From an uncultured Candidatus Binatia bacterium (GTDB lineage Bacteria > Desulfobacterota > Binatia > HRBIN30): a DNA stretch of 64,000 nt. Position numbers and translations under genes: made by a program. The stretch lies in the NCBI GenBank assembly GCA_964371655.1, contig CAYJOD010000001.1:84572-148571 (forward strand), given 5' to 3'. The notes under the pieces were generated by a model, which was given only the letters and a program-made list of their open reading frames with translations, ran no database searches and was not told the DNA's origin. Shown piece by piece: positions 1 to 9,553 of this stretch (positions are counted from its first letter, which is position 1; each line of letters opens with the position of its first letter).

Positions 1-545
1 CTGAGCCGTCAGGATCATCCTTGGCGGCTCGTTTCCGTTGGTAGCCAGGAAAGGCGGTGGTGACGATGATTCATGACGAGGCTGATGCATTAGAAACCTG
101 CACAACGACGAGAACACATCATGTCGCCGAGTATTGGTCCATCTGGGATTTCCATTGGGACATCGGCGTGTTGCCGTCTGCACTATTAGACGCAGATATT
201 TCCGCGTAATCTCGCTTCCTGAGCGACCCTGAGCCGGAATATTGAGGGCGTGAAGCGCTTCCCGTTTCCCGCAGGGTTCAGGGGACGGACACCGTGGCGG
301 ATGGCTATCCCGCCAAGCTATAGCCGGCGGCCGAGTTGACACCGCGGGCAATGATGGCCAGCGCGTCGAACGTGGCGTACAATCGCCCACCGCCGATACC
401 GCAGGAGGCGGTCAACTCGCGCACAGGAAACTCTCGTTTAGAAAAACTGCGTTTATGTTTGCCAAGGTCGGCGTTGATGTGCTAGTGCGCTCCAAATAGA
501 CTGCAATTTTCTCAAAGCGGCGAATGGGGCCGCGGAAAGAAGGCG

Positions 546-1175
546 GTGATGCGGCGACTTGTATGCGTAACAACTCTTCTCACAATGATCAACGGCTGCG
601 CATCTACAGCTGATGTTGCGACAAAGCGGCTAAAATTGGTTCAAGGAACGAGTGGGGCCGTAGCGGTAAGCAAAGATATCCATGGACTAGCAAAGATCAC
701 CGGGCAACCCCCGCCCGATGAGTGTTGCGAAGAAATGAACAAGTGTGAAAAATTGATGCAGGACCAGTGCGTCAGAGCGTTTGAAGAAACGACCGCCGAT
801 TACACAACAGCCCAGATCACAACTGTTGTAGTCACCGTTGTGGGAACAGCTGCCGGTGCGGTGGGCGTGCCCGCCTTAACCTCCGCCTCTGCCGCCGGGA
901 ACGCGGTGTGGATATCAGCCCTAGGCGGAATCTCCGGAGCCGCCAATGCATTGAATCTATCTCAGCGACAAGTTGGACTTTCAGCTGATAAGATTTACAA
1001 GAACCGCACTGATTTTCTTGCCGACTATAGGCCACTGATAGATGAGTACAATGATAAGCGTGCCTCGGGCGATGTTGTGAAGGCGTGTTCGGCTCTTCGG
1101 AAGGTGAGGTCTCGCTGCGTAGATTATCTATATACACTTACCCCTAGCGAGGCAGCTAGCGATATTACCAAATAG
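546..1175 (+). CDS. Putative lipoprotein with Gly/Ala-rich (glycine-zipper-like) hydrophobic segment
   Basis: N-terminus MMRRLVCVTTLLTMINGCAS has a signal peptide plus lipobox Cys. Central segment VVGTAAGAVGVPALTSASAAGNAVWISALGGISGAANAL. No family recognised. Confidence 0.55.
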   Translation: MMRRLVCVTTLLTMINGCASTADVATKRLKLVQGTSGAVAVSKDIHGLAKITGQPPPDECCEEMNKCEKLMQDQCVRAFEETTADYTTAQITTVVVTVVGTAAGAVGVPALTSASAAGNAVWISALGGISGAANALNLSQRQVGLSADKIYKNRTDFLADYRPLIDEYNDKRASGDVVKACSALRKVRSRCVDYLYTLTPSEAASDITK

Positions 1176-1219
1176 GTGCGTTATACAGAACGGTAGAGTA
1201 CTACGAGAGACAGCTGCTC

Positions 1220-1954
1220 ATGAAGAAGCTTCTTGTAATGTTAGGAACCGCAGGCTTGGGTATTGTTCCTTTCGTGTTGCACGCGCAGCCCAGCCCTGTC
1301 AATACGCCTGCCGCCGACGACCAACAGCCACGCTCGTTAATTCACGCGAAGCGCCTCTCGATTAGAGAGCTCGCCGAGGCGGCTGACCGAATCTTTATCG
1401 GCCGGGTCGAGCGAGTCGAAACAGGGCCAGCTATCCTGGAGCGCGATGGTAAACAAGCAACCGTCGAGACGCGTAACGTTACATTTAGGCTTGAGAAGGT
1501 GTTTAAGGGGAACCTGCAGCCTGGCGAAATGCTCACCGTTCGGCAGTACGTTCCAATCAGCGCCCCGGTTAAGGAGGGGGAGATCCTCCTCTGGTATCTG
1601 TCGAAGGACAGCACCACGGGTTTGACCCAGCCATTAGGTATTTTCAGCGGTCACTTCCGCGTGGTGCCCGATGTAACCGATCCCAAGGGGACCAGCCAGG
1701 TAGCTGTCAACCTCGTCAATAATGAAGGCCTCTGGGGCAGCAAGCGGCAACTGTGGGTCGAGGGCACCGCGCTTGATCGTAAGGCGATTGTGGGGACAGC
1801 TCTCGCGGAAGGAGTCCCGCCCGACCGTGTAGCAAAACTGAAAGCTGTCGGCAGCGCTCCTAATCGTCCGGGGCCGGTACCGCTTGAGCTGATCGTTTCG
1901 GCAACCAAGAACATTGTCGGCGCATCGGACAGCGGAGCGAGCAAGCCAGAATAG
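1220..1954 (+). CDS. Secreted hypothetical protein
   Basis: Signal-peptide-like N-terminus MKKLLVMLGTAGLGIVPFVLHAQP. Lies 9 nt upstream of the metalloprotease gene on the same strand. Confidence 0.55.
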   Translation: MKKLLVMLGTAGLGIVPFVLHAQPSPVNTPAADDQQPRSLIHAKRLSIRELAEAADRIFIGRVERVETGPAILERDGKQATVETRNVTFRLEKVFKGNLQPGEMLTVRQYVPISAPVKEGEILLWYLSKDSTTGLTQPLGIFSGHFRVVPDVTDPKGTSQVAVNLVNNEGLWGSKRQLWVEGTALDRKAIVGTALAEGVPPDRVAKLKAVGSAPNRPGPVPLELIVSATKNIVGASDSGASKPE

Positions 1955-1963
1955 GAACTTCCG

Positions 1964-3007
1964 ATGCGCCCCGTCACAATCGTCGCAACGTTAATCCTGT
2001 CGTCAACATGTTGGGTTCATCCGGCTAACGCCGGGGGACCCCTTTTCATTAGGAACGGAGCCCCGATCAAGTGGGACACTAACACTCCTATCCCATACAA
2101 GGTCGATCAGGGGTCGTTGGGACCGCTGGCAGATCCAAAGCCGACTTCAATGGTTCAAGAGGCGTTCAAAACGTGGAGCGATGTGCCGACGAGTCACATC
2201 GAATTTTCCTTCGCCGGCCATCTCGATCTCGATGTGAAGACTGATGTGGAGTACGTTTTATTCGAAGATGGAGCCGCCGAAAATGCGGTCATCTTCGACA
2301 CCGACGGGGCCATCATTGCGGGACTCGCCGGCGAAGGAAACCGTAATCGAATTCTCGGGTGGGCGAACGCGGTGGTCAAAGACGACCGCTTGATCCATTT
2401 CTATAGTCTCATGAACGGTTCACTCGTCGAAAGCGCAGCGACGTTCCAGAGCACACTCGTCCATGAGTTTGGACACGCCATTGGTCTCGACCACAGTCAG
2501 ATCAATGCTTCTTTCGTCGGAGATGGGGACACACAAAACGACGCCGACGTACCCACAATGTATCCCACTTCAACGGACGATGATACATTCTTGGCGTCCC
2601 TTAATCCCGACGATGAGGCCTCGGTATCCCGGCTCTATCCATCCGCGTCATTCTCGACCCGCTACGGCACTATTACCGGGCGACTCGTTCGCCCTAATAG
2701 TACGCCGGTACTCGGCGCCAATGTCATCGCCGGTAGCATCGCCAGCTTTCATGACCGCTTCTCGTGTGTCTCGGATTACCTCATGAGAGGCAATGGTGAG
2801 TTTGAGTTGGCGGTTTTACCGGGCAAATACCAGCTTCAGATAGAGCCAATTCGCAAAGAATTTACGGATGGATCGAGCGTCGGACCGTACGCTACAACCC
2901 CCAGCAGCAAGTCATTTGTAAATCCGGTCCACTCGAAGCTCTTTTCGAAGATTTACCAGATCAAAGCGGGAAGAGTGATGAACGTAGGAACTCTGGTCGC
3001 CGATTAG
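1964..3007 (+). CDS. Secreted zinc metalloprotease, matrixin/M10-like, with C-terminal carboxypeptidase-regulatory-like beta-sandwich
   Basis: HEFGHAIGLDHS (HExxHxxGxxH) followed by Met-turn PTMYP. Signal peptide present. C-terminal motif GTITGRLVRPNSTPVLGANV is typical of CarboxypepD_reg-like domains. Confidence 0.85.
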   Translation: MRPVTIVATLILSSTCWVHPANAGGPLFIRNGAPIKWDTNTPIPYKVDQGSLGPLADPKPTSMVQEAFKTWSDVPTSHIEFSFAGHLDLDVKTDVEYVLFEDGAAENAVIFDTDGAIIAGLAGEGNRNRILGWANAVVKDDRLIHFYSLMNGSLVESAATFQSTLVHEFGHAIGLDHSQINASFVGDGDTQNDADVPTMYPTSTDDDTFLASLNPDDEASVSRLYPSASFSTRYGTITGRLVRPNSTPVLGANVIAGSIASFHDRFSCVSDYLMRGNGEFELAVLPGKYQLQIEPIRKEFTDGSSVGPYATTPSSKSFVNPVHSKLFSKIYQIKAGRVMNVGTLVAD

Positions 3008-3283
3008 GCTATGAGAAGCTCAGAGTTACGAATGCTCAATTGCGAATAAGCATTGAGCCGAGGGCAAGCCATAGTTCAAACATGGGTCCGTGACCGCTGA
3101 ACTCCACAACCCTTCGCGTCTTTCACTAATCCCAATCGGGTGCGGTCATCTCGTCTGCCTTCGCGTTAACTTTGACGCGGAGATGCATTCGGGATGTGCC
3201 ATGAATCGTCCTTTTTACCCCAAGGGCCGGATCAAACCCAATCATCGTATTATTCACGATAAAACCCGTTATCTTGTCCTAGA

Positions 3284-4465
3284 TTGGGGTTTCGTGGTAC
3301 GCTTTCCGCATCGGGTTGGGATGTGCGGATGGACATGGACGAGACGCTTGAAGGAACCGTGGACCGCCCCGACCCACACCAATTCACTTTCGATATGTCC
3401 CCACGTAACGCCAATCCCCCACCACCAGACCGTCTGCCCGTTCCCGCCGGCCGCGACCGGCGATCGCTTCCGCCGATGCTCTCCGGCCGAGCGACGCCGG
3501 CGGTCAGTGCCAAGGTGCAGCAGTTCTATCTCTCGGTGGCCGAGCTCTTCGAGCTCTGGGTGCAGCGGCGTGATTCGCCGCACACGCAGCGCGCTTACCG
3601 CGGCGACGTGATGGCGTTCGTCACGTTCTTGGGGATCAAATGGCCGGACGAGTCCTGGCGGATGTTTCAGGTTTCGGTCGCCGACACGCAGCGCTTCCGC
3701 GACTCGATGACCGCGGCGAACATGGCACCGAAGACGATCAACCGACGCATCTCGTCGCTGTCGTCATTCTATAAATACCTCGCCGGCTGCGCGGCCGAGT
3801 TTCGGTTGCCGATCGTCGTGCCCAACCCGGCGCACGCGCAGTTCATTTCGCGGGCGAAGAGTGATCCGGTCGAAGAGACACGCGCGCTGTCCGCGACCCG
3901 GGCCCGGCAGCTCATGGGGATGCCGACCGGGGACTCGGTGATCGACTTCCGCGATCGCGCGTTGCTGAAGTTTTTTCTGTACTCCGGAGCTCGGATCTCA
4001 ACCGGATGCCGGTTGAAGGTCTCGGACTTCCACCAGGATGGTGAGGAGTCGACCATTCGCTTGCACGAGAAGGGTGACCACCGACGCACGATCGGGCTTC
4101 ACTACGCCGCCGCGCAGGCCATTCGCGAGTACCTAGAAAATGCCGGCATCGATAAGGGGCCCCTCTTCCGGGCCCGACGTGGATCACGCAGCGAGTTGTT
4201 ATCCGAACGTTCAATGGACCCGGCGACGATGTATCTGACCGTCCTGGCGTACCTTGAGAAGCTTCCGGGATCCACGAAGGACGGGCGGTGCATCTACACA
4301 CCACACTCGCTCCGCGCGACCACCGCCACGCTGCTCCTCGACGCCGGCGTAGACATCACCAAGGTCCAGGAACTCCTCGGCCACCGGCACATCACCACCA
4401 CACAAATCTATGACAAGCGCCGGCGCACCACCTCCGAAAGCGCCTCACACGACGTTCCGATATGA
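3284..4465 (+). CDS. Tyrosine recombinase / phage-type integrase (true start probably downstream, e.g. ATG 3476)
   Basis: C-terminal catalytic region HSLRATTATLLLDAGVDITKVQELLGHRHITTTQIYD (R..HxxR..Y pattern). N-terminal SAM-like core-binding segment QRAYRGDVMAFVTFL. Confidence 0.9.
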   Translation: MGFRGTLSASGWDVRMDMDETLEGTVDRPDPHQFTFDMSPRNANPPPPDRLPVPAGRDRRSLPPMLSGRATPAVSAKVQQFYLSVAELFELWVQRRDSPHTQRAYRGDVMAFVTFLGIKWPDESWRMFQVSVADTQRFRDSMTAANMAPKTINRRISSLSSFYKYLAGCAAEFRLPIVVPNPAHAQFISRAKSDPVEETRALSATRARQLMGMPTGDSVIDFRDRALLKFFLYSGARISTGCRLKVSDFHQDGEESTIRLHEKGDHRRTIGLHYAAAQAIREYLENAGIDKGPLFRARRGSRSELLSERSMDPATMYLTVLAYLEKLPGSTKDGRCIYTPHSLRATTATLLLDAGVDITKVQELLGHRHITTTQIYDKRRRTTSESASHDVPI

Positions 4466-4741
4466 TTCAGCTCGTGTTTCGATCGGGGCATGAACGATAA
4501 CAAACGACTGGATCAAATTTCCCAATGTTGATAGATCACCACTTATTGCCGGGTTAGAATGCAGAGAAACCCGGCAAAAGAGCAAACAACTCGCGAGCCT
4601 TGACGAACGCCTCGAAAATCCCATAGGAGAAGCAGGCCCGGCGTGAGTTGGGAATAACAGAGTTGCGAGTGATCACGATCAGATCGGGTACGCTGCGTAT
4701 GACCGAGAGCAGGGTTTTGCAAACCACATAGCACGAAAATC

Positions 4742-5563
4742 ATGACGACCTCATACTCGCGTGCCGCCTTGAATCTGTCTTCGACAGAACGCACGCAACT
4801 AGAAGCTGCGCTGCTCAACTGGTCGGCGAGCACAGGGATCGGCCGCGTTGTAGTTCCAAACGTTCGCGATTTGGAGCACTTTCTGCCCAAACGATCGATG
4901 CTAGCCCTCCTTCGCGTGGTTCTGACCTATGCGAAGCTCTCGTGGCCTTCGTTAGAGGTTGCTTACCAACAAGAGTGCTTCAAGCATTCCGGTCGCGGGG
5001 GACGGGTTCGATTGCCTGCGTTCGTTAGACTTTTCGGTCGCGCCGTCGAACGCAACTACTTTGAGAACTGGCTATTTCTCCGACACTCGGCTCGTTTTCC
5101 CACACGACGTGACGCCGCGGAGTTCGTGCGCAAGCTCGTGCGAGGCGGCTCTCCTACGCCATCTGAAGCCGACCTATTGATGTCTGATCACTGCTCATGG
5201 GTCACCTTTTCCCTAGACGTCCATGAAGTGAATCCATTCGGGTTCTTCAAGACTGGATTGGCGGAGGAGGTGCGCGGATGCCTTGGGCTCAACCCGCGCC
5301 TTAGAGGACCGTTGCTCCTATTTGTGTACGAGCTCCCGAGCGGTGTCCGACCTCTTCGACCAACAGTGGCTGACGCGGAACTATTCCTCTTTTTTCAACC
5401 ACCGCCATTTGGAATCAAGTCGCACGGCTTGACTGTGCCATGGCGCTCCGAATACCTAAAGGCGAAGCTTCTTCTCCTTTTTCAACTCGCTCCTCGCCCA
5501 GAAGCATTACATCAGCCAATCCGGTTTAAGGAACTTTGTAGCACCGTTAGAGTTCTCGCGTGA
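4742..5563 (+). CDS. Hypothetical protein (no recognisable domain)
   Basis: 273-aa ORF. Its stop overlaps the GTG start of the next ORF (GTGA at 5560-5563). Confidence 0.55.
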   Translation: MTTSYSRAALNLSSTERTQLEAALLNWSASTGIGRVVVPNVRDLEHFLPKRSMLALLRVVLTYAKLSWPSLEVAYQQECFKHSGRGGRVRLPAFVRLFGRAVERNYFENWLFLRHSARFPTRRDAAEFVRKLVRGGSPTPSEADLLMSDHCSWVTFSLDVHEVNPFGFFKTGLAEEVRGCLGLNPRLRGPLLLFVYELPSGVRPLRPTVADAELFLFFQPPPFGIKSHGLTVPWRSEYLKAKLLLLFQLAPRPEALHQPIRFKELCSTVRVLA

Positions 5564-7077
5564 CAAAGAGATTAAAGACTTACGCAAGGAAGGCTTCCCG
5601 CAGTCCATATACCAATCCGGAAGACGTCCTTGCGTTTCTAGATCGCCTAGCACTTCCTCAATGGCTCGACCTCTTGGAAGATCTGGTCAACGACCCTGAT
5701 TCAGTCGCGCGCATAGTTGGTCCCTCGCCCGGCGACGACCTAGTTGCATATTTTGCCTCTTTGATTGACCAGCTTGGTCGGCCAGCGAGCGACATGATTG
5801 CCCGAGCCCTAGAGCAAATTCTTGAACGAAACATCCACCTGGTAATTGCCCAAGCCCCGGACGCATTGCCGGCGTTGGAAACTGCGGCCTACCTCGCGTC
5901 CTTCGCTCATATTGATAGTGCGTTCCTACACGGGGTTGTCGAATCTAAAAACGTTTCCATCAGTATTAGGACTCGTGCGGCTGCCGCGCTCGCGTTTCAT
6001 ACGCAAATGAGCGACGTTCCGTTCTGGCGCACACTAAACTACAACACCCTACCAGACCTGCTCCCTATTGCCGTTTCTGCATTGTCCGAGTTGGCTCCCG
6101 AGGAAGCGCTCAAGCTGGTCGACTCCGCCTCGGACGATCAGTTAAACATCGTAGGATATGCCGTCGATGCTGCCCTGCGTAGCTTACTTCGGAACTCCGG
6201 GGGACGTGAATGGCTGTCGACCTTCCTGCCCGCTGCCCGCGCCACAGTTCGGAATCTAATAGAGGACTGCGAATCTTACAGGACCCTCCGCGAAATTCGG
6301 AGCTCCACCGCGAGCTCCACAGCACCCATTGAGAAGGTGTACCCGGCAGTCTCGGAGCCTTCCGACAAAGCAAGTGTCGAGCTAAGGGATCTCACCCGGG
6401 CCATAGCAGCTGGAAGCGTCCAGCCGGCAAAAGCCCTCCAGACTTTCGCATTATTGTTTCCGACCCATCTCCAGAACGTTGCGCGAGAGCAAAACAGGCC
6501 GATTGCCGACGTGCTTGTAGACGTCGCCCAGCTCAGCAACGTCAACATCTCGGGGATACAGGAACTCGCGAATGAGCAGGTCCACCTGCCCGGCCTTAAG
6601 GAGGTTTGGGTATTCGCTAAACGGCCGGCGGACCTTGCACCAACATTCTACAGTAGCGTTCGGACAAACATTGTTGAACGATTCGTTCAATACTACTACT
6701 TTCAAAGCAATAGAGACTTCTTTAATGAGCTCAACGAACGTCTCTCTAATGACATAGGCAACATAGTTGATATAGCAAAGTATGTGCACTGCATCCTGCT
6801 GCCCGAATTAGCCTTCATGTGGCGCCTAGGGTTCGGCCTCCTGATAACAGAGGACATCAGGCATATGCGGGGTAAAACCGTGACCGCGGCCGCCGACAAT
6901 GGTACGATTATCCAAGCACAAGATATGACGCCATCTCAAGTTAGGGAGGCATATCTCAATCTTCGACCTCTTGTCGAAGCCTTCTATCAGACCATCCATC
7001 CTGCATTGGAGGGCGAATCTGCTCAAAATGCTTCAACCTATTCCGGTATTCTCGCGGACTGCCAAAAGATTCAATAG
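5560..7077 (+). CDS. Hypothetical protein, helical-repeat-like N-terminal half
   Basis: 505-aa ORF translationally coupled to 4742-5563. Followed 4 nt later by the yhhQ-like gene. Confidence 0.6.
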   Translation: MTKRLKTYARKASRSPYTNPEDVLAFLDRLALPQWLDLLEDLVNDPDSVARIVGPSPGDDLVAYFASLIDQLGRPASDMIARALEQILERNIHLVIAQAPDALPALETAAYLASFAHIDSAFLHGVVESKNVSISIRTRAAAALAFHTQMSDVPFWRTLNYNTLPDLLPIAVSALSELAPEEALKLVDSASDDQLNIVGYAVDAALRSLLRNSGGREWLSTFLPAARATVRNLIEDCESYRTLREIRSSTASSTAPIEKVYPAVSEPSDKASVELRDLTRAIAAGSVQPAKALQTFALLFPTHLQNVAREQNRPIADVLVDVAQLSNVNISGIQELANEQVHLPGLKEVWVFAKRPADLAPTFYSSVRTNIVERFVQYYYFQSNRDFFNELNERLSNDIGNIVDIAKYVHCILLPELAFMWRLGFGLLITEDIRHMRGKTVTAAADNGTIIQAQDMTPSQVREAYLNLRPLVEAFYQTIHPALEGESAQNASTYSGILADCQKIQ

Positions 7078-7081
7078 AACT

Positions 7082-7777
7082 ATGCAAAATCAGAAACCCG
7101 AACTTGTTGGATTCAAATACTATGATGCTGTTACAGCAATATTCGTCGCCGTTCTATTGATCTCGCAGACTACGGCGTCGAAGATCGTGGCCTTTGGCCC
7201 CTTCAATTTTAGTGCGGGCATAATACTGTTCCCGATCGGCTACATTTTTGGCGACGTCCTGACGGAAGTCTACGGGTTTTCCCGTTCCCGGCGCGTGATT
7301 TGGCTCGGCTTTGCATGTTCTGCGTTGATGTCAGTCGTGTACTGGATAGTAGGAGTTCTACCCCCAGCCGTGGGGTGGGAAAACCAAGCGGCGTACGAGA
7401 CGGTCTTGGGCGTCGTTCCCAGGATCGCGGTCGCTAGCCTGATCGCTTACTGGGCCGGAGAGTTTGCTAATTCGTTCCTAATGGCGAAGATGAAGGTCTG
7501 GACGCAAGGCAGACACTTGTGGGTAAGAACGATAACGTCGACCATAGTCGGTGAAGGTTTAGATACGGTCCTCGTCATGGGCATCGGCTTCTATGGCGTT
7601 CTACCAACATCCCTTTTATTGTCCGTAATGGTAAATATCTACTGGGCAAAAGTTCTGTATGAAATTCTGGCGACGCCTCTGACCTATGTAGTTGTCGGTT
7701 ATTTGAAGCGCATTGAAGGAGTTGACGTTTACGATTTTGAAACCGACTTCAACCCCTTTCGTTTCGAGTCGAAGTGA
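7082..7777 (+). CDS. yhhQ: Queuosine-precursor (preQ0/preQ1) transporter, YhhQ/Vut_1 (DUF165) family
   Basis: Motif GIILFPIGYIFGDVLTEVYGFSRSRRVIWLGF is characteristic of the family. Several TM segments. ATG at 7082 is in frame within ORF 6971-7777. Confidence 0.75.
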   Translation: MQNQKPELVGFKYYDAVTAIFVAVLLISQTTASKIVAFGPFNFSAGIILFPIGYIFGDVLTEVYGFSRSRRVIWLGFACSALMSVVYWIVGVLPPAVGWENQAAYETVLGVVPRIAVASLIAYWAGEFANSFLMAKMKVWTQGRHLWVRTITSTIVGEGLDTVLVMGIGFYGVLPTSLLLSVMVNIYWAKVLYEILATPLTYVVVGYLKRIEGVDVYDFETDFNPFRFESK

Positions 7778-7904
7778 CGTTCGTGACATCGGATTTCACG
7801 TCTCGTTCCCCTAATATCTCCTCAAAGAAAGCGCGACGTGCGATCAGCCCGCCCGGACATGCACCATGCTATATCTGGCGAGAAGGTGGCGAGGCCGCCA
7901 TGAC

Positions 7905-8990
7905 CTAGTGCCGGAAAAAAGGGAGCACGAGCGCTGCCAAACCGAGAACTACGGCGATGATTGCAAGCCCTTTCAAGAAGAAGGCCGGCTGCTGGACCTT
8001 GAAGGCGACAATAAAGTCCCCCGGAACTTGGCCATAAAGGGCGTGATGGCTACCTGATTTTGAAGAATATAGCTCGATTCCTTCCGCCACAGAATCCCGA
8101 AGTGGAGCAGTCACGTTACCCTGCCACACCATAGATGATAAGGAACGGAAGCGACCTGGAAAAATATGTATACGCCAATCCTTGTGCAGCGTTGACGCCG
8201 ATTGTAAGTCAGCTAGCAACGCCCCTAAAAGAGCCTCGGCGGTCGCCTTCGCGATCCGATCATCAGTCGTTCTAATGAACCCCTCAAGCTTCTGCAGGAG
8301 GATATCCCGCACTGCAATAGGACCACGGATTGTATAATGGGATTCGCGTCGGCCGACCACGAGGTTGAGTGCGTTCGTAAGACGCGTACTATACCCAGCG
8401 TCTGTCACCCTCCGAACCTTTCCTCGAAACCTAAGCCAGCGCGATTCACCGGGAGCAATGGCTGCTTCCAGACAGTATTCGAGGAGGCTGCAGTCGACCC
8501 CATCCGCAGCAAGGACGGCATTCTCTTCTGGTGAGAGATTTTGAGCGACTAGCTGTGAATCCCCACGCAAGGATCCCGAGTATACAATGGTTTGTGGCTT
8601 CACTTTTCCGCTGGCATCGGGCTCCAGAAAACTGAAAGTCAATTCCGTCGTCTGCGTATCTTCACCGTCACGCTGTACATTGTAAACTGGGTCGAAAAAG
8701 CGATTGCTCGGCGACGATCTGTCGCCGAGAGACCCCGTCTCATCAGCAAAACCAGCACGGAGACCTTCGTCAAAAGGAAGGCTCGAAAGATTAAATGATC
8801 GAGGGTAAATCAGATGCAGGCGATCAACTTGATCCGCACCACAATTCTTTACGAGTAAGTCGACGCGCAGTTCATAGGAAGCATTCGCCCGGAGGTAGAT
8901 CGCCTCAGCAGCGAAGCTCACCTCCAGAGCCGTACCCGAAGCCCAAATATAGAAACACACTGGCGGTTCCGACCAAAAGGAAAGCGCCAC
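7905..8990 (-). CDS. Hypothetical protein with single C-terminal transmembrane anchor
   Basis: 361-aa ORF with C-terminal FFLKGLAIIAVVLGLAALVLPFF. No recognisable domain. Confidence 0.55.
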   Translation of the reverse strand: MALSFWSEPPVCFYIWASGTALEVSFAAEAIYLRANASYELRVDLLVKNCGADQVDRLHLIYPRSFNLSSLPFDEGLRAGFADETGSLGDRSSPSNRFFDPVYNVQRDGEDTQTTELTFSFLEPDASGKVKPQTIVYSGSLRGDSQLVAQNLSPEENAVLAADGVDCSLLEYCLEAAIAPGESRWLRFRGKVRRVTDAGYSTRLTNALNLVVGRRESHYTIRGPIAVRDILLQKLEGFIRTTDDRIAKATAEALLGALLADLQSASTLHKDWRIHIFPGRFRSLSSMVWQGNVTAPLRDSVAEGIELYSSKSGSHHALYGQVPGDFIVAFKVQQPAFFLKGLAIIAVVLGLAALVLPFFRH

Positions 8991-9025
8991 ATCCAGAATA
9001 TAAGATGTGGCGCTGCGTCTTTCGG

Positions 9026-9277
9026 CTACTCTGCCTTCCTAGTCGTAAGCCGTCGCACCCATCCAAGGAGCGACGACGACTCGGTCGACACCGGAGGCGC
9101 CGGGAATGGTCCGGTACCAGCTACCCACAGTTGGTACCCCGTACTACGAACGGTGTCCCGGATCGCCTTGGCTAATCTCTCATCTTCGCTTCTGTTTACC
9201 TCGCGCGGAAGCTCCACCATTATCCCTCGGTTTCGATTGACGGCCCTATCCTTGCCCATGCCTGATCTCCTTTTCAT
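9026..9277 (-). CDS. Small hypothetical protein (weakly supported)
   Basis: 83-aa ORF 35 nt upstream of 7905-8990 on the same strand. No homology recognised. Confidence 0.3.
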   Translation of the reverse strand: MKRRSGMGKDRAVNRNRGIMVELPREVNRSEDERLAKAIRDTVRSTGYQLWVAGTGPFPAPPVSTESSSLLGWVRRLTTRKAE

Positions 9278-9553
9278 TGAGAAAACTTTCGGGCGAACAC
9301 CGGGAGTCGGCCCGGTTGTTACCCATATTGGAGATCCGCCATGGACTTCTCGCAGAACACGTTTTTTCTTCTAGCAAGGGTCAACTAGAAGGACAATACG
9401 GATTAGCTACCTTTGGCTAATAATGCTCCTCATCAGTTCATCTTGTCAATCGCTTCCAAAATTCCGGAGACTTCCCGAGCCCTCTCTGTTTGCTCTCAAA
9501 CGCCGATTACGATAAACGAACGACGCAAACTTTCAAGAAGGGGGGCTGGGCAA

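Noticed and set aside
1-545. Possible small DNA-binding ORF on the minus strand (about 270-470, ...RELTASCGIGGGRLYATFDALAIIARGV...)
   Set aside because: It has no ATG. Only a GTG start giving about 39 aa is available, which is too short and unsupported to call.
3090-3611. 173-aa ORF overlapping the 5' region of the integrase
   Set aside because: It is out of frame with and overlaps the integrase ORF. It is Arg/Pro/Ser-rich with no domain. The region is more likely the integrase leader and N-terminus, whose true start is uncertain.
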